Positions 1 to 9,659 of a stretch of DNA of 64,000 nucleotides are shown piece after piece. The notes under the pieces were generated by a model, which saw only the letters and a list, made by a program, of their open reading frames with translations, made no database searches and had not been told where the DNA came from. Every line of letters starts with the position of its first letter. Position 1 is the first letter of the stretch. Location: positions 608,001 to 672,000 of the forward strand of contig OZ244905.1 in NCBI GenBank assembly GCA_965221695.1, given 5' to 3'. The DNA is from Gammaproteobacteria bacterium. Its GTDB lineage: Bacteria > Pseudomonadota > Gammaproteobacteria > Eutrophobiales > Eutrophobiaceae. The position numbers were made by a program, and so were the translations under genes.

Positions 1-494
1 GTGTTTGCTTCCAGCAGACCGGTGAGTCCCAGGCCGAAACCTCCCAGGCCCCAGCAGATCATGCTCGGGTCCCACCACTGGCAACCGTACATGTTGCCGA
101 ATCTGAGAGACAGTTCCGCATGAGCAAAGGTTCCGTAATCGTTGGCCAGCACACCATGTCCGGGCCATAGCCCCACAGATTCCCGTCCAACGGCCTGGAA
201 ACCCTGGACAATACAATCCAGGGCATCATCCCAGCTCACCACGTCCCAGTTGCCGCTCGCGCGCTTGCTGCGCATCATGGGATAGAGGATACGCCGGGGA
301 TTGTCTATTATCTCGCCGGCTGCCTGTCCGCGCGCGCAAAGGAAGCCGCGGCTATCCGGGTTCTGCTTATCGCCGGTGATTTTAACCAGCCGGTTGCCGG
401 CAACGGTGACCTGCATCCCACACAGCGTAGGATGACAATTCATGGGGCACATGGTGCGGACTGTGCGTGATTCCTGAGGCTGTAGAGGTGTCAT
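1..494 (-). CDS. Molybdopterin-dependent oxidoreductase, N-terminal part (runs off the window start)
   Basis: Manual translation from ATG at 494: MTPLQPQESRTVRTMCPMNCHPTLCGMQVTVAGNRLVKITGDKQNPDSRGFLCARG...NPRRILYPM...VSWDDALD, the Fe4S4-binding N-terminus of the DMSO reductase family. Not in the ORF track because it is truncated. Confidence 0.85.
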   Translation of the reverse strand, partial: MTPLQPQESRTVRTMCPMNCHPTLCGMQVTVAGNRLVKITGDKQNPDSRGFLCARGQAAGEIIDNPRRILYPMMRSKRASGNWDVVSWDDALDCIVQGFQAVGRESVGLWPGHGVLANDYGTFAHAELSLRFGNMYGCQWWDPSMICWGLGGFGLGLTGLLEAN

Positions 495-532
495 AGGAAG
501 CGTTCAGTCAGCCGGGATATATGCCGTGTCGG

Positions 533-1165
533 TCACTTTACCCGCAGGTGGTAAGCGAACTGAGGGCAGATGTGCCCTTTTACCTCGGTTTCGGATTCTC
601 CCAACAGTTTCACCTCACACCAGGGATTGAAAAGCGCTTCGACCTCATCCCGGAATACCCGGAATGGTGGCGGGTTGATCTGGCCATCCTGATAAGTCAG
701 GGTGATGAGCAAGGCTTGCATGTCAGGTTGCAACAAGGTGTTCATGCTTGCGGCATATTGCGCGCGCCGGTCATGAGGCAAAGCAATAAGCGACGCGCGG
801 TCGTATACCGCAACCACATCGGACAGCCGCCCTGGCTCCAAAGAAAAGAAATCGCCGCACAGAAATTCCAACTGTTCCGAGCGATACCTGATAAACGGGC
901 CATCCCGGTCACGCTCCGCGTCCAAGCCATTTTCTTCGATAAACGACCGGGCGGCAATCTCGCTCAGTTCCACGCCAAGCACATGGTACCCCTGAGCCAT
1001 CAACCAGATCATGTCCTTGGACTTTCCACACAGGGGCACAAAGACCTTGCTACCCGCAGGAATGCTCAGGCCGGGCCATCTGTTGACCAACACGGGGTTG
1101 AAATCCTGCTGGTGGAAGGCCAGTTCATTCGCTTCCCACTTCTCATGCCAGAAATGATGTTCCAT
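533..1165 (-). CDS. tpm: Thiopurine S-methyltransferase
   Basis: FWHEKW, VFVPLCGKSKD, GVELSEIA, YDRASLIALP motifs of the TPMT family. Confidence 0.92.
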   Translation of the reverse strand: MEHHFWHEKWEANELAFHQQDFNPVLVNRWPGLSIPAGSKVFVPLCGKSKDMIWLMAQGYHVLGVELSEIAARSFIEENGLDAERDRDGPFIRYRSEQLEFLCGDFFSLEPGRLSDVVAVYDRASLIALPHDRRAQYAASMNTLLQPDMQALLITLTYQDGQINPPPFRVFRDEVEALFNPWCEVKLLGESETEVKGHICPQFAYHLRVK

Positions 1166-1419
1166 GCCAGCGGATTATATCAGACAGAATTGGGATGCCA
1201 ATAAAATGATGCTGCTCTTGTAGCGATGTTGATCAATCAGCATAAACCCCTCAAGATCAGGGCGCTACTGCACATGTATGTAACTACTGTGTCGCTTGAT
1301 GAGCGACCCCTTCTCTCACTGAATTCCCGTTTGCATTACCGGAATGGTATGCAAGGCGATTCCATGAACATCGCAAGAGAACCACTCGCACAACAGCCGG
1401 AGTCCAGTCAAAAGGAAAA

Positions 1420-2475
1420 TTAGCCAGGCGCTTTAACTTTGTGGTAGAACTGGATTATTGCCCCATCCGGGGTCTTGATAGAGAAGATATCGACTTGGCC
1501 CAGCAGTTCCATATCGGCGCGACTTATAGGGCGATGTATAGGCCAGCCCCGGCTTTTAATTTCTGTCTCTGCTACGGCAACATCCGCCACTTCGAATCGG
1601 ACCGCTAGAATGCCCAGGTTCGGCGCATCACACCGGCCCGAGTAATCCTGGCCATCAAGTCCTCTTATCTCGATCATTTCCATTCGCCCGAACTCGCCCG
1701 GTGTCGGGTATACGATGCTGGCCTGGTATGGGATTGTTGTGGTCAGGTTAATGGGCAATCCAAGTGGGGTGGGAGTAGGCGTCTTGGCTGTGTAGGGTTC
1801 GCCATGGTAGAAGGTGGCAAAACCCAGGACTCTGGTGAAGAAGTCATAGGAGATATCCCGATCGCGCACCATCTGCATGATGTTAAACGGGCGTGTCATG
1901 CGCTCGAAAGGCGGGATGTCTGACGGCAACGGCGGCGAAAGCCGCTCATATCCTTGCACCTGTATCCCGTCCGGTCCCCGGAATATAGTAATGTTTAGCT
2001 TCGATGCGCCGAATTCCAGGTAGGTAATAGGCGTTTCTGTCCACCAACCAATGGCGATGGCATCATCATAGACGGACTGCATGTCCTTCATGCGCGCCAT
2101 CAGGCTGAAGTAGCAGCCGGTATCCCAGGCCCTGGCTCCCGGTCTCATGGGCGCGCGCCGCCCGGCACGGTCGAATCGTATCAACCGGAGGTTCGCCTGG
2201 TTCTCGCCTGGCCTGCCAAGGATCAACATCTCCCCGGTTGCCTCCGCCGCCAGTCCCCAGGTAGCAATTTCGGAAGCGGAAACGCTCCCATGCGCCTTGT
2301 TCTCATAGCCGCCAATTTCATGGAAAAATCGAGCGCTTGCCCGCAAATCGGTAACACTGAGCACGGCCTCCTGCCAGGGCTTGTTAGTGATCGGCGTCAC
2401 TTCACTCGCTGCGCCGCCCGCGCCGATAACAAGGCTGCATACGACACACAACATTACTGATATTAGCGTTTTCAC
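1420..2475 (-). CDS. Exported VOC/glyoxalase-fold protein
   Basis: N-terminal signal peptide; repeated VOC modules (LSVTDLRASARFF, FRGPDG, KTPDGAIIQF). Confidence 0.7.
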   Translation of the reverse strand: MKTLISVMLCVVCSLVIGAGGAASEVTPITNKPWQEAVLSVTDLRASARFFHEIGGYENKAHGSVSASEIATWGLAAEATGEMLILGRPGENQANLRLIRFDRAGRRAPMRPGARAWDTGCYFSLMARMKDMQSVYDDAIAIGWWTETPITYLEFGASKLNITIFRGPDGIQVQGYERLSPPLPSDIPPFERMTRPFNIMQMVRDRDISYDFFTRVLGFATFYHGEPYTAKTPTPTPLGLPINLTTTIPYQASIVYPTPGEFGRMEMIEIRGLDGQDYSGRCDAPNLGILAVRFEVADVAVAETEIKSRGWPIHRPISRADMELLGQVDIFSIKTPDGAIIQFYHKVKAPG

Positions 2476-2478
2476 GGG

Positions 2479-2955
2479 TTAACCCGCAATCAGATTCAAC
2501 GGCAACTGATTGGTGCACTTGATCTCCGAGACGGCCATCCTGGAATTGACTTCACGCACCATGGGCAGGGACAGCAACTTGTGCAGGAAACGCTCGTAGG
2601 CGTGGATGTCGGTAGTGACGACCTTGAGCAGGAAGTCTATCTCCCCCATGACCGTGTAGCATTCCAGCACTTCCGGCAGTTTCTCCACGGCTTGCTGAAA
2701 ATTGGGCAGAGCTTCTCGACCATGCGCTTCCAATCGAATCTCCGCAAACACGATGACATCCAGACCCAGGCGGTTGTGGTCCAGGATTGCCACCCGTTTT
2801 TTCAGAACCCCGGCATCTTCCAGGCGTTTCAGCCTGCGCCAGCAAGGCGAGACGGACAAACCGATCTTTGCCGCCAGTTCGCTGATCGTCAGCCCGGCGT
2901 CATGTTGCAAAACAGCAAGGATATTTCTGTCGAACTTATCGAGCTTATAGACCAT
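2479..2955 (-). CDS. bkdR: Lrp/AsnC family regulator, probably BkdR
   Basis: LDKFDRNIL...LSVSPCWRRLKRLE HTH and AsnC C-terminal domain; divergent from the bkd operon. Confidence 0.8.
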   Translation of the reverse strand: MVYKLDKFDRNILAVLQHDAGLTISELAAKIGLSVSPCWRRLKRLEDAGVLKKRVAILDHNRLGLDVIVFAEIRLEAHGREALPNFQQAVEKLPEVLECYTVMGEIDFLLKVVTTDIHAYERFLHKLLSLPMVREVNSRMAVSEIKCTNQLPLNLIAG

Positions 2956-3055
2956 ATTTACCTGTGAAATAAGATTTTAAGAAATATTTTTTCTGATTAT
3001 CGGCATTTCACACGAAAAAAGCAAAAACAATCCTCTTTTTCCCACTTATACTTTG

Positions 3056-3082
3056 GGAGCCTCTGATTAAGTCAGAGGTTCC
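3056..3082. repeat. Collapsed copy of the GGAANCTCTGA MITE family (inverted-repeat pair only)
   Basis: GGAGCCTCTGA-TTAAG-TCAGAGGTTCC, near-identical to the first hairpin of the elements at 51096 and 54973. Confidence 0.75.
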
Positions 3083-3109
3083 TTTATTGAAAAACTATCA
3101 TACATTGAT

Positions 3110-4336
3110 ATGGCTGCCAGATTGCATATTCCTACCGCGCCGTACCGCCCCGGAGAAGAACCGGATTTCAAGGCTATCGCCCTGACCAAGCCCGGCGCGC
3201 TGGACTGTCCCGACGAGCTGGCGCCCGCTAACGAGATCAGCGCCCTGTCGTTCGGTCTGATCCGCATCCTTGATGAGAATAATCAAGCTGTGGGGCCTTG
3301 GCGCCCTGAACTGTCCGCCGATATGTTGCGTGACGGCTTGCGCCATATGCTGCTGACGCGCCTGTATGATGATCGTATGTTCAGGATGCAGCGCCAGGGG
3401 AAATTGTCTTTCTACCTGAAATGTACTGGCGAGGAAGCTGTCTCGATCGCGCAGTGTATGGCGCTGGATAAGGATGACATGCTGTTCCCTACTTATCGGC
3501 AGCAGGGCCTGCTCATCGCGCGCGGCTATCCCCTTCAGGAGATGATGTGCCAGTGTCTGTCCAATGCCGGCGACAAACTGCAGGGGCGCCAGTTGCCGGT
3601 CTTGTACAGTTCGGACGCCTATAACTTTTTCACCATCTCCGGCAACCTGGGCACGCAGTTTTCTCAGGCTGTCGGCTGGGCCATGGCCGCTGAATACAAA
3701 AAGACCAGCGATATTGCCGCGGCCTGGGTAGGCGAAGGTACCAGCGCTGAAGCAGATTTCCATTATGCTCTTACCTTCAGCGCCGTATACCAGGCGCCGG
3801 TGGTATTAAATGTAGTGAATAACCAATGGGCTATCTCTACCAACCAGAATGTCGCCGGTGGCGAACAAAACCCGTTTGCCGCCCGCGCTATCGGCTACGG
3901 CATCCCCGGCCTACGCGTGGATGGCAATGACTTTCTGGCAGTGTTCGCCGCTACCCGCTGGGCCGCGCGCAGGGCGCGCGCAGGTGGCGGCCCAACCCTG
4001 ATCGAATTGTATACCTATCGCGCCGGAGCACATTCCAGCAGCGATGACCCGGGCAGGTATCGGCCTGTCGATGAGTGGGAGAACTGGCCTCTGGGCGATC
4101 CCATTAAGCGGTTAAAACAGTACTTAATCGCCTCGAATGAGTGGTCGGAAACAGATCACGAACAACTTAAGCAGGAACTGGAGGAGATAGTGAGCGCTAC
4201 CTGGAAGGAAGCGCTGGCGTTGGGCGATCTGAATGAAGGCCCGCGCCCGCCTGATTCGGCCATGTTCGAACATGTCTATAAGGAAATGCCGCCGCACCTT
4301 ATCGAACAACGCCGTCAGTTTGAGGCAATGAAATGA
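3110..4336 (+). CDS. bkdA1: Branched-chain 2-oxoacid dehydrogenase E1 alpha
   Basis: RQGKLSFY, TPP motif GEG...VNNQWAIS, YRAGAHSSSDDP. Confidence 0.93.
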   Translation: MAARLHIPTAPYRPGEEPDFKAIALTKPGALDCPDELAPANEISALSFGLIRILDENNQAVGPWRPELSADMLRDGLRHMLLTRLYDDRMFRMQRQGKLSFYLKCTGEEAVSIAQCMALDKDDMLFPTYRQQGLLIARGYPLQEMMCQCLSNAGDKLQGRQLPVLYSSDAYNFFTISGNLGTQFSQAVGWAMAAEYKKTSDIAAAWVGEGTSAEADFHYALTFSAVYQAPVVLNVVNNQWAISTNQNVAGGEQNPFAARAIGYGIPGLRVDGNDFLAVFAATRWAARRARAGGGPTLIELYTYRAGAHSSSDDPGRYRPVDEWENWPLGDPIKRLKQYLIASNEWSETDHEQLKQELEEIVSATWKEALALGDLNEGPRPPDSAMFEHVYKEMPPHLIEQRRQFEAMK

Positions 4337-5418
4337 ACACGCAATCAAGTCCAGGACCACATCAGGCAACACAGTCCGAGGCAGCTAGGGCAGCGCGTCA
4401 GGACACGCGCTCGATGTCCATGATCCAAGCCCTGAATTCGGCGATGGACGTGATGCTGGAACGCGACCCAAAAGTGATCATTTTCGGCGAAGATGTGGGC
4501 TATTTCGGTGGCGTATTCCGCTGCACCGAAGGTCTGCAACAGAAGCACGGAGAGGATCGCGTGTTCGACACGCCTATTGCCGAGGGAGGAATTGTTGCTA
4601 CGGCCATTGGCATGGGTGTGAATGGTCTGCGGCCACTGGTCGAGATCCAGTTTGCTGATTACATCTATCCCGCTTTCGATCAGATTGCCAGCGAACTCGC
4701 CCGCCTGCGTTACCGTAGCGCCGGCCAGTTCTGGTCGCCGGTGACCATCCGCACACCCTGTGGAGGCGGCATACGTGGCGGGCAGACTCATTCACAAACG
4801 CCGGAGGCGCTGTTTGCTCATGTTTGCGGTCTGAAGACGGTCATGCCTTCCAATCCCTATGACGCCAAAGGTCTGCTGATCAGCGCAATTGAGGATGATG
4901 ACCCGGTCATCTTTTTTGAACCTAAGCGCCTCTACAACGGTCCGTTCGACGGTGACCCCGACAAACCATCCAGGAGCTGGGGCGACCACGACAAGGGCCA
5001 GGTCCCAACTGGCCACTACCGTGTGGCGCTGGGCCAGGCGGAAATCGCGCGCGCCGGGAACGATGTGACCGTTCTCGCCTACGGCACAATGGTGCACGTG
5101 GCGCTGGCGGCAGCGGCGCAGACGGGCATCGATGCCGAGGTGATCGATGTGCGCTCCCTGATGCCATTGGATGTAGATGCTCTCTGCGCTTCTGTGTGCC
5201 GCACTGGGCGTTGTATGATCGTGCATGAAGCCACGCGCCACTGTGGCTACGGCGCGGAGCTCTCGGCGCAGATGCAGGAACATTGCTTCTGGAACCTGGA
5301 AGCGCCCATTGAGCGGGTGACGGGGTGGGACACGCCCTACCCGCACGCGCAGGAATGGGCTTACTTCCCGGGGCAAGCGCGGGTAGCCGCGGCGTTGCAA
5401 CGGGTCATGGGCGCCTGA
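4333..5418 (+). CDS. bkdA2: Branched-chain 2-oxoacid dehydrogenase E1 beta
   Basis: FGEDVGYFGGVFR, EIQFADY, GGQTHSQ, GWDTPYP; ATGA overlap with bkdA1. Confidence 0.93.
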   Translation: MNTQSSPGPHQATQSEAARAARQDTRSMSMIQALNSAMDVMLERDPKVIIFGEDVGYFGGVFRCTEGLQQKHGEDRVFDTPIAEGGIVATAIGMGVNGLRPLVEIQFADYIYPAFDQIASELARLRYRSAGQFWSPVTIRTPCGGGIRGGQTHSQTPEALFAHVCGLKTVMPSNPYDAKGLLISAIEDDDPVIFFEPKRLYNGPFDGDPDKPSRSWGDHDKGQVPTGHYRVALGQAEIARAGNDVTVLAYGTMVHVALAAAAQTGIDAEVIDVRSLMPLDVDALCASVCRTGRCMIVHEATRHCGYGAELSAQMQEHCFWNLEAPIERVTGWDTPYPHAQEWAYFPGQARVAAALQRVMGA

Positions 5419-5420
5419 TC

Positions 5421-6686
5421 ATGCCAGAGTATTCATTCAAACTGCCGGACCTGGGCGAAGGGACCGTGGAATCGGAGATTGTCGCCTGGCGCGTCGAAGT
5501 CGGCGATTTTGTCAACACGGACCAACCCCTGTTGGACATAATGACGGACAAGGCCACTATCGAAGTCACTGCGCCGGTAACCGGAACCCTGATTTCCGTC
5601 GCGGGCGAAGCCGGCGACCTTATTGCAGTAGGCGCCGAACTGGCGGTATTCTCTACCGCTGAGCAGGAACCGGCAGAGCAAGCGCTGGAAACGGTTACAG
5701 CCGGGGATACATCACCAAACGCTGAGGCAGCCGGCGATGCGCTGCTTTGTCATGCCAACGTAAGCGGAGTTGTGCCGATCGATCCCGACGCCACCAGGGA
5801 AACCGCGCCAACCAGCGCCAGGCCACAAACCTCCCCCGCCATTCGCCGCCTAGCCAGAGAACAAGGTATCGAGCTCAACCAGGTACGCGGCTCTGGGCCG
5901 AACGGACGCATCACCCGCGCGGATATCGACCAGTATCTGGAGCGATCGGAACCACAGCGCGTTTTTAAGACCAAAGCGGTTTCAACTGGCGCGCGTGAGA
6001 TTAAACTAACGGGGCTACGCCGCAAGGTCGCCGAGAAAATGGCGCTAAGCGCCAGCCGTATCCCACACTTCAGCTATGTCGAGGAAGCCGATGTCACTGA
6101 ACTGGAGCGGCTGCGCAGCCGCCTTAACGGGACGCGGCAGGAAGACCAACCCAAGCTCAGCTACCTGCCTTTCTTGATGCAGGCATTGGTAAAGGTGGCG
6201 CAGACGTTCCCATATTGCAACGCGCACTTTGACGACGAGAACCAGGTTATCAGGCAGTTCGATCCGGTCCACATAGGCATTGCCGTGCAGACAGAGCGCG
6301 GCCTGCTGGTACCGGTTATCCGTCACGCGCAGACCCTGGACCTTTGGCAGTGCGCCGCTGAACTGAAGGACATTGCAGAACGGGCCAGAAACAGGCGCGC
6401 CCGCAAACAGGAACTCAGCGGCTCGACAATTACCCTCTCCAGCCTGGGAGCGCTCGGCGGTATCGTGTCCACACCCATCATCAATTATCCCGAAGTCGCG
6501 ATCATCGGCATTAACCGGACCCGGCGGCGCCAGGTGTTCGAAGATGGCGGGGTCAGCAACCGCCTGGTGATGAATATCTCTTCTTCGTTCGACCACCGTG
6601 CACTGGACGGATATGAAGCTGCGCAAACCATCCGGGCGTTAAAAGGCTACCTGGAATCCCCGGCGACCCTGTTCCTGCACGCATAA
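5421..6686 (+). CDS. bkdB: Dihydrolipoamide acyltransferase E2
   Basis: Start re-assigned to ATG 5421 (MPEYSFKLPDLGEG); lipoyl motif MTDKAT, E3-binding SPAIRRLA, catalytic FDHRALDG. Confidence 0.92.
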   Translation: MPEYSFKLPDLGEGTVESEIVAWRVEVGDFVNTDQPLLDIMTDKATIEVTAPVTGTLISVAGEAGDLIAVGAELAVFSTAEQEPAEQALETVTAGDTSPNAEAAGDALLCHANVSGVVPIDPDATRETAPTSARPQTSPAIRRLAREQGIELNQVRGSGPNGRITRADIDQYLERSEPQRVFKTKAVSTGAREIKLTGLRRKVAEKMALSASRIPHFSYVEEADVTELERLRSRLNGTRQEDQPKLSYLPFLMQALVKVAQTFPYCNAHFDDENQVIRQFDPVHIGIAVQTERGLLVPVIRHAQTLDLWQCAAELKDIAERARNRRARKQELSGSTITLSSLGALGGIVSTPIINYPEVAIIGINRTRRRQVFEDGGVSNRLVMNISSSFDHRALDGYEAAQTIRALKGYLESPATLFLHA

Positions 6687-6760
6687 ACGATTAAGAATTT
6701 CCGGATAATAGGGTAAACTTAGTTACCTATGAATTTCATGCGGCGCAGTGAGCAAACCCA

Positions 6761-7552
6761 ATGATTGTCGAACAGATCTGGACCGGCAACGACTGGCGTA
6801 ACTTCAATTATCTTATTGCCTGCCCCGATACCGGCGAGGCGCTGGCGATTGACCCCCTGGACCATCGCAAGTGCCTGCGCCATGCGCGCGACCAGGGCTG
6901 GGATATCACCCAGGTACTCAACACCCATGAACACCATGACCACATCGGCGGCAACGCTGCGCTGATTGCCGAAACAGGCGCACAGTTGCTCGCTCACAAA
7001 AATGCGGTGGATCGGATTCCCGGTGTGGACAAAGCGTTATCCGCCGGCGATATCATCAAGGTCGGAAACCGCGTCGAGTTGGAGGCGCTGGATACACCGG
7101 GGCACACCATGAGCCACGTCTGCCTACTCTCGCATACGGACCAGATGTCCTTGTTCTGCGGGGACACCTTGTTCAATGCCGGCGCCGGCAACTGCCACAA
7201 TGGTGGCCATCCGAACCAGTTGTACATGACTTTTACCGGCCAACTGGCAAACCTGCCCGACAACACCCTGGTTTATCCGGGCCATGACTACATCATCAAC
7301 AACCTGCAGTTCACGCTGAGCAGAGAACCCGGCAATACCGAGGCGCGCGCGTTGCTGGACAACCTGGCCGACCAGGACCCGGATGACGCGCTGGTCACTA
7401 CCATCGGGCTGGAGAAGACGGTCAACACCTTTTTCCGTCTGAGAAATCCGGAAGTGATAGAGAAGCTACGCGAGTCGTTCCCTGATTTATCCGCCGACCC
7501 CGATGAGAAAACGGTCTTCCTGAAGTTACGGGAACTTCGTAACGACTGGTAG
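6761..7552 (+). CDS. gloB: Hydroxyacylglutathione hydrolase (glyoxalase II)
   Basis: THEHHDHIGG, TPGHT, FCGDTLF, YPGHDY, EKTVNTFFR. Confidence 0.88.
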   Translation: MIVEQIWTGNDWRNFNYLIACPDTGEALAIDPLDHRKCLRHARDQGWDITQVLNTHEHHDHIGGNAALIAETGAQLLAHKNAVDRIPGVDKALSAGDIIKVGNRVELEALDTPGHTMSHVCLLSHTDQMSLFCGDTLFNAGAGNCHNGGHPNQLYMTFTGQLANLPDNTLVYPGHDYIINNLQFTLSREPGNTEARALLDNLADQDPDDALVTTIGLEKTVNTFFRLRNPEVIEKLRESFPDLSADPDEKTVFLKLRELRNDW

Positions 7553-7559
7553 CACACCA

Positions 7560-7964
7560 TTGTCGACGCGCGCAATACTGCTTGCCGCCGACGGGTTGCT
7601 GATTATCCATACCCTGTTTATTGCTTTCGTGGTATTTGGGCTGCTGCTGGTTCTCGCCGGAACAGTCGCAAAATGGCGCTGGATCAGGAATCCCTGGTTC
7701 CGTTGCATTCATCTCGGCGCCATCGGCTTCGTAGCGCTGCAGTCCTGGCTGGGAATGATGTGCCCGCTGACGATCTGGGAAAATGCGCTGCGACAACTGG
7801 CAGGGCAGTCAGGCTATGGCGATTCGTTCATACAGTACTGGCTGCACAATCTGATCTTCTACCAGGCGGAAGCCTGGGTATTCACACTGTCTTATACCGC
7901 CTTTGGCGCACTCGTGGCGCTTGTCTGGCTACTGGCGCCCCCGGAATTTACAAAAAAGCAATAA
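7560..7964 (+). CDS. DUF2784-like membrane protein
   Basis: LAADGLLIIHTLF...CPLTIWENALR...FIQYWL pattern; hydrophobic helices. Confidence 0.75.
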   Translation: MSTRAILLAADGLLIIHTLFIAFVVFGLLLVLAGTVAKWRWIRNPWFRCIHLGAIGFVALQSWLGMMCPLTIWENALRQLAGQSGYGDSFIQYWLHNLIFYQAEAWVFTLSYTAFGALVALVWLLAPPEFTKKQ

Positions 7965-7987
7965 GTACAGCCCGCCCTGGCTTAAAA

Positions 7988-8617
7988 TCAAAGCGATTTA
8001 AGATAACGCCAGGCACGCTTCCCCCGTGACTGTTTACGCAGCCACAGCAGGTCCTCCGGCAAGTCAATATCCCGACCAAGGCCGGCGGAACGGGCTATAT
8101 GAATGGGAACCCGGCGTGTTGCCGCTTCCTTGCGAAATTCTTCGAAACTGTTCTCACCGTACATCAAATTCATCGCAAGAGGCGGCGTAAACACCAGGCC
8201 GTTGGTGCCACCATCGTTGGCAGCGGGGCACAAGGTAACGCCATCCTTGTGCTCCCGGTCCAGGTAAACCAGGTCCCGGTCTTCGATCTCCGGCACGTCG
8301 GCCGGGATGATGAGTACCTTGCCGGCGCTGTTGTCGCTGATATGCTCTATTCCTCTCAAGACATCCGCGGCATAGCCGCTGTCGGTTCCCGTGTTGAGTA
8401 TGTCAGCGGTTTTTTCCCGGGCCTGTGCGATCACATCGGCATCGCAACTGATCACCGTAACACCAGTCACCGCGGCGGATGCAGCCAGGGTGTCCAGTAT
8501 GTCTTCCAGCATGCACAAGCTGAGTTGCCGGCGCTGCGGCGATGTCAGAACAGTTGCCAGGCGCAACTTGGAATGCCGCAACCGCTTTACCGGGATCAGC
8601 GCCCACATAGTAAGCAA
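7988..8617 (-). CDS. cofC: 2-phospho-L-lactate/PEP guanylyltransferase (F420 biosynthesis)
   Basis: ALIPVKRL..SKLRL, IIPADVP, DGGTNGL, YGENSF, DIDLPEDL. Confidence 0.88.
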   Translation of the reverse strand: MLTMWALIPVKRLRHSKLRLATVLTSPQRRQLSLCMLEDILDTLAASAAVTGVTVISCDADVIAQAREKTADILNTGTDSGYAADVLRGIEHISDNSAGKVLIIPADVPEIEDRDLVYLDREHKDGVTLCPAANDGGTNGLVFTPPLAMNLMYGENSFEEFRKEAATRRVPIHIARSAGLGRDIDLPEDLLWLRKQSRGKRAWRYLKSL

Positions 8618-8633
8618 CCTCTGATCTCAAATA

Positions 8634-9293
8634 TCAATCGATACCGGTGATGCGAATACCGGAATGGCTGGTCTTGTAGGTCTTGTTGATATGAATAAGA
8701 AGGCTGGTCAGGGCCTCGGCGGCCGCTGCATTGGCAAGTTTACCGGCATTGATGGCGCGGCAACCGCTGTCTTCCACCAGTTGCATCACCTCCCGGCGGG
8801 TTTCCGGGTCGTCACAGGTGACGAGGATATCGCAGTCGATTTCAACATCCTGTTCCAGCAGGTTGGCGGCCACATTGTGATAGGCCGCGGCGACCCGCGC
8901 CTTGTCTCCCACCGTTTCGCGGGTGATAACCGCAACGCTCCCCTGCGCCGGCAACTGGACAACAGCCACCTTCGGCGGCATCAGCGGTACCGTGGTATCT
9001 ATCAGGATCTGCCCGGACAGGCCCGACCTGATACTCTCAAGAGTGGCTGCGTGGGCAGCAAACGGCACGGTCAGCGCCACGACCTCAGCCTGTTGCGTCG
9101 CACTGAGATTGTCCATGCCGGCAATAGCCCCTGCACCGGGCTTCTTATTCAGTTCAGCCGCCGCATTCTGCGCCTTCTCCGCCACCCGGGAGCCGATGAT
9201 TACCTCGTGTCCGGCCCTGGCCCAACGCCAGGCAAGGCCGTAACCAAGATTACCGGTACCACCCAGAATCGCTATTTTCCGTTTATTTTCCAT
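8634..9293 (-). CDS. npdG: NADPH-dependent F420 reductase
   Basis: ILGGTGNLGYGLAWRW, IIGSR, DTTVPL, AAYHNV, C-terminal LLIHINKTYK..SGIRITG. Confidence 0.9.
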   Translation of the reverse strand: MENKRKIAILGGTGNLGYGLAWRWARAGHEVIIGSRVAEKAQNAAAELNKKPGAGAIAGMDNLSATQQAEVVALTVPFAAHAATLESIRSGLSGQILIDTTVPLMPPKVAVVQLPAQGSVAVITRETVGDKARVAAAYHNVAANLLEQDVEIDCDILVTCDDPETRREVMQLVEDSGCRAINAGKLANAAAAEALTSLLIHINKTYKTSHSGIRITGID

Positions 9294-9351
9294 TGTCAGA
9301 CCAGAAGACAGGAACAGGTTAACCCTGCTCGCTTTCTATTGTTATAATATA

Positions 9352-9381
9352 GGAAGCTCTGATTTAATCCTCAGAAGTTCC
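9352..9381. repeat. Collapsed copy of the GGAANCTCTGA MITE family
   Basis: GGAAGCTCTGA-TTTAATCC-TCAGAAGTTCC. Confidence 0.7.
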
Positions 9382-9399
9382 TAAGAAGCATTGTACAGA

Positions 9400-9473
9400 T
9401 GGGGGCTCGTCTAACGGCAGGACAGCGGACTCTGACTCCGCCAGTAGAGGTTCGAATCCTCTGCCCCCAGCCA
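9400..9473 (+). tRNA. tRNA-Gln (anticodon CTG)
   Basis: TGGGGGC acceptor / GCCCCCA-G-CCA end; anticodon arm GCGGA-CTCTGAC-TCCGC; T-loop GGTTCGAATCC. Confidence 0.95.
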
Positions 9474-9509
9474 ATTTACAGTTTCAAAACGTTTCATTTC
9501 CTGACCGTG

Positions 9510-9646
9510 GACGTGAAGGTATCACGAAACGGGCGCATTGCAAAATCCTATCCTGGATGCAGCGAATCCGCATGAACGGGAAGCCAACTCATAGCGGCCT
9601 TGTCGCCTATCCAATGATGACGCCAGGGTTGGCGCGGGACAAGGCG
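9510..9646 (+). pseudogene. Fragment of a P4-like tyrosine integrase arm-binding domain, copy 1
   Basis: Removing a 5-bp ATCCT duplication gives DVKVSRNGRIAKSWMQRIRMNGKPTHSGLVAYPMMTPGLARDKA, matching the KSWxxRxRxxGK...GLGxYPxxxLxxARxKA arm-domain pattern; lies 36 bp after a tRNA. Confidence 0.7.
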
Positions 9647-9659
9647 ATTGACATAGAAT

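Noticed and set aside
2479-2955. Lrp gene as acdR
   Set aside because: It is divergent from bkdA1 and about 7 kb from acdS, the typical bkdR position.
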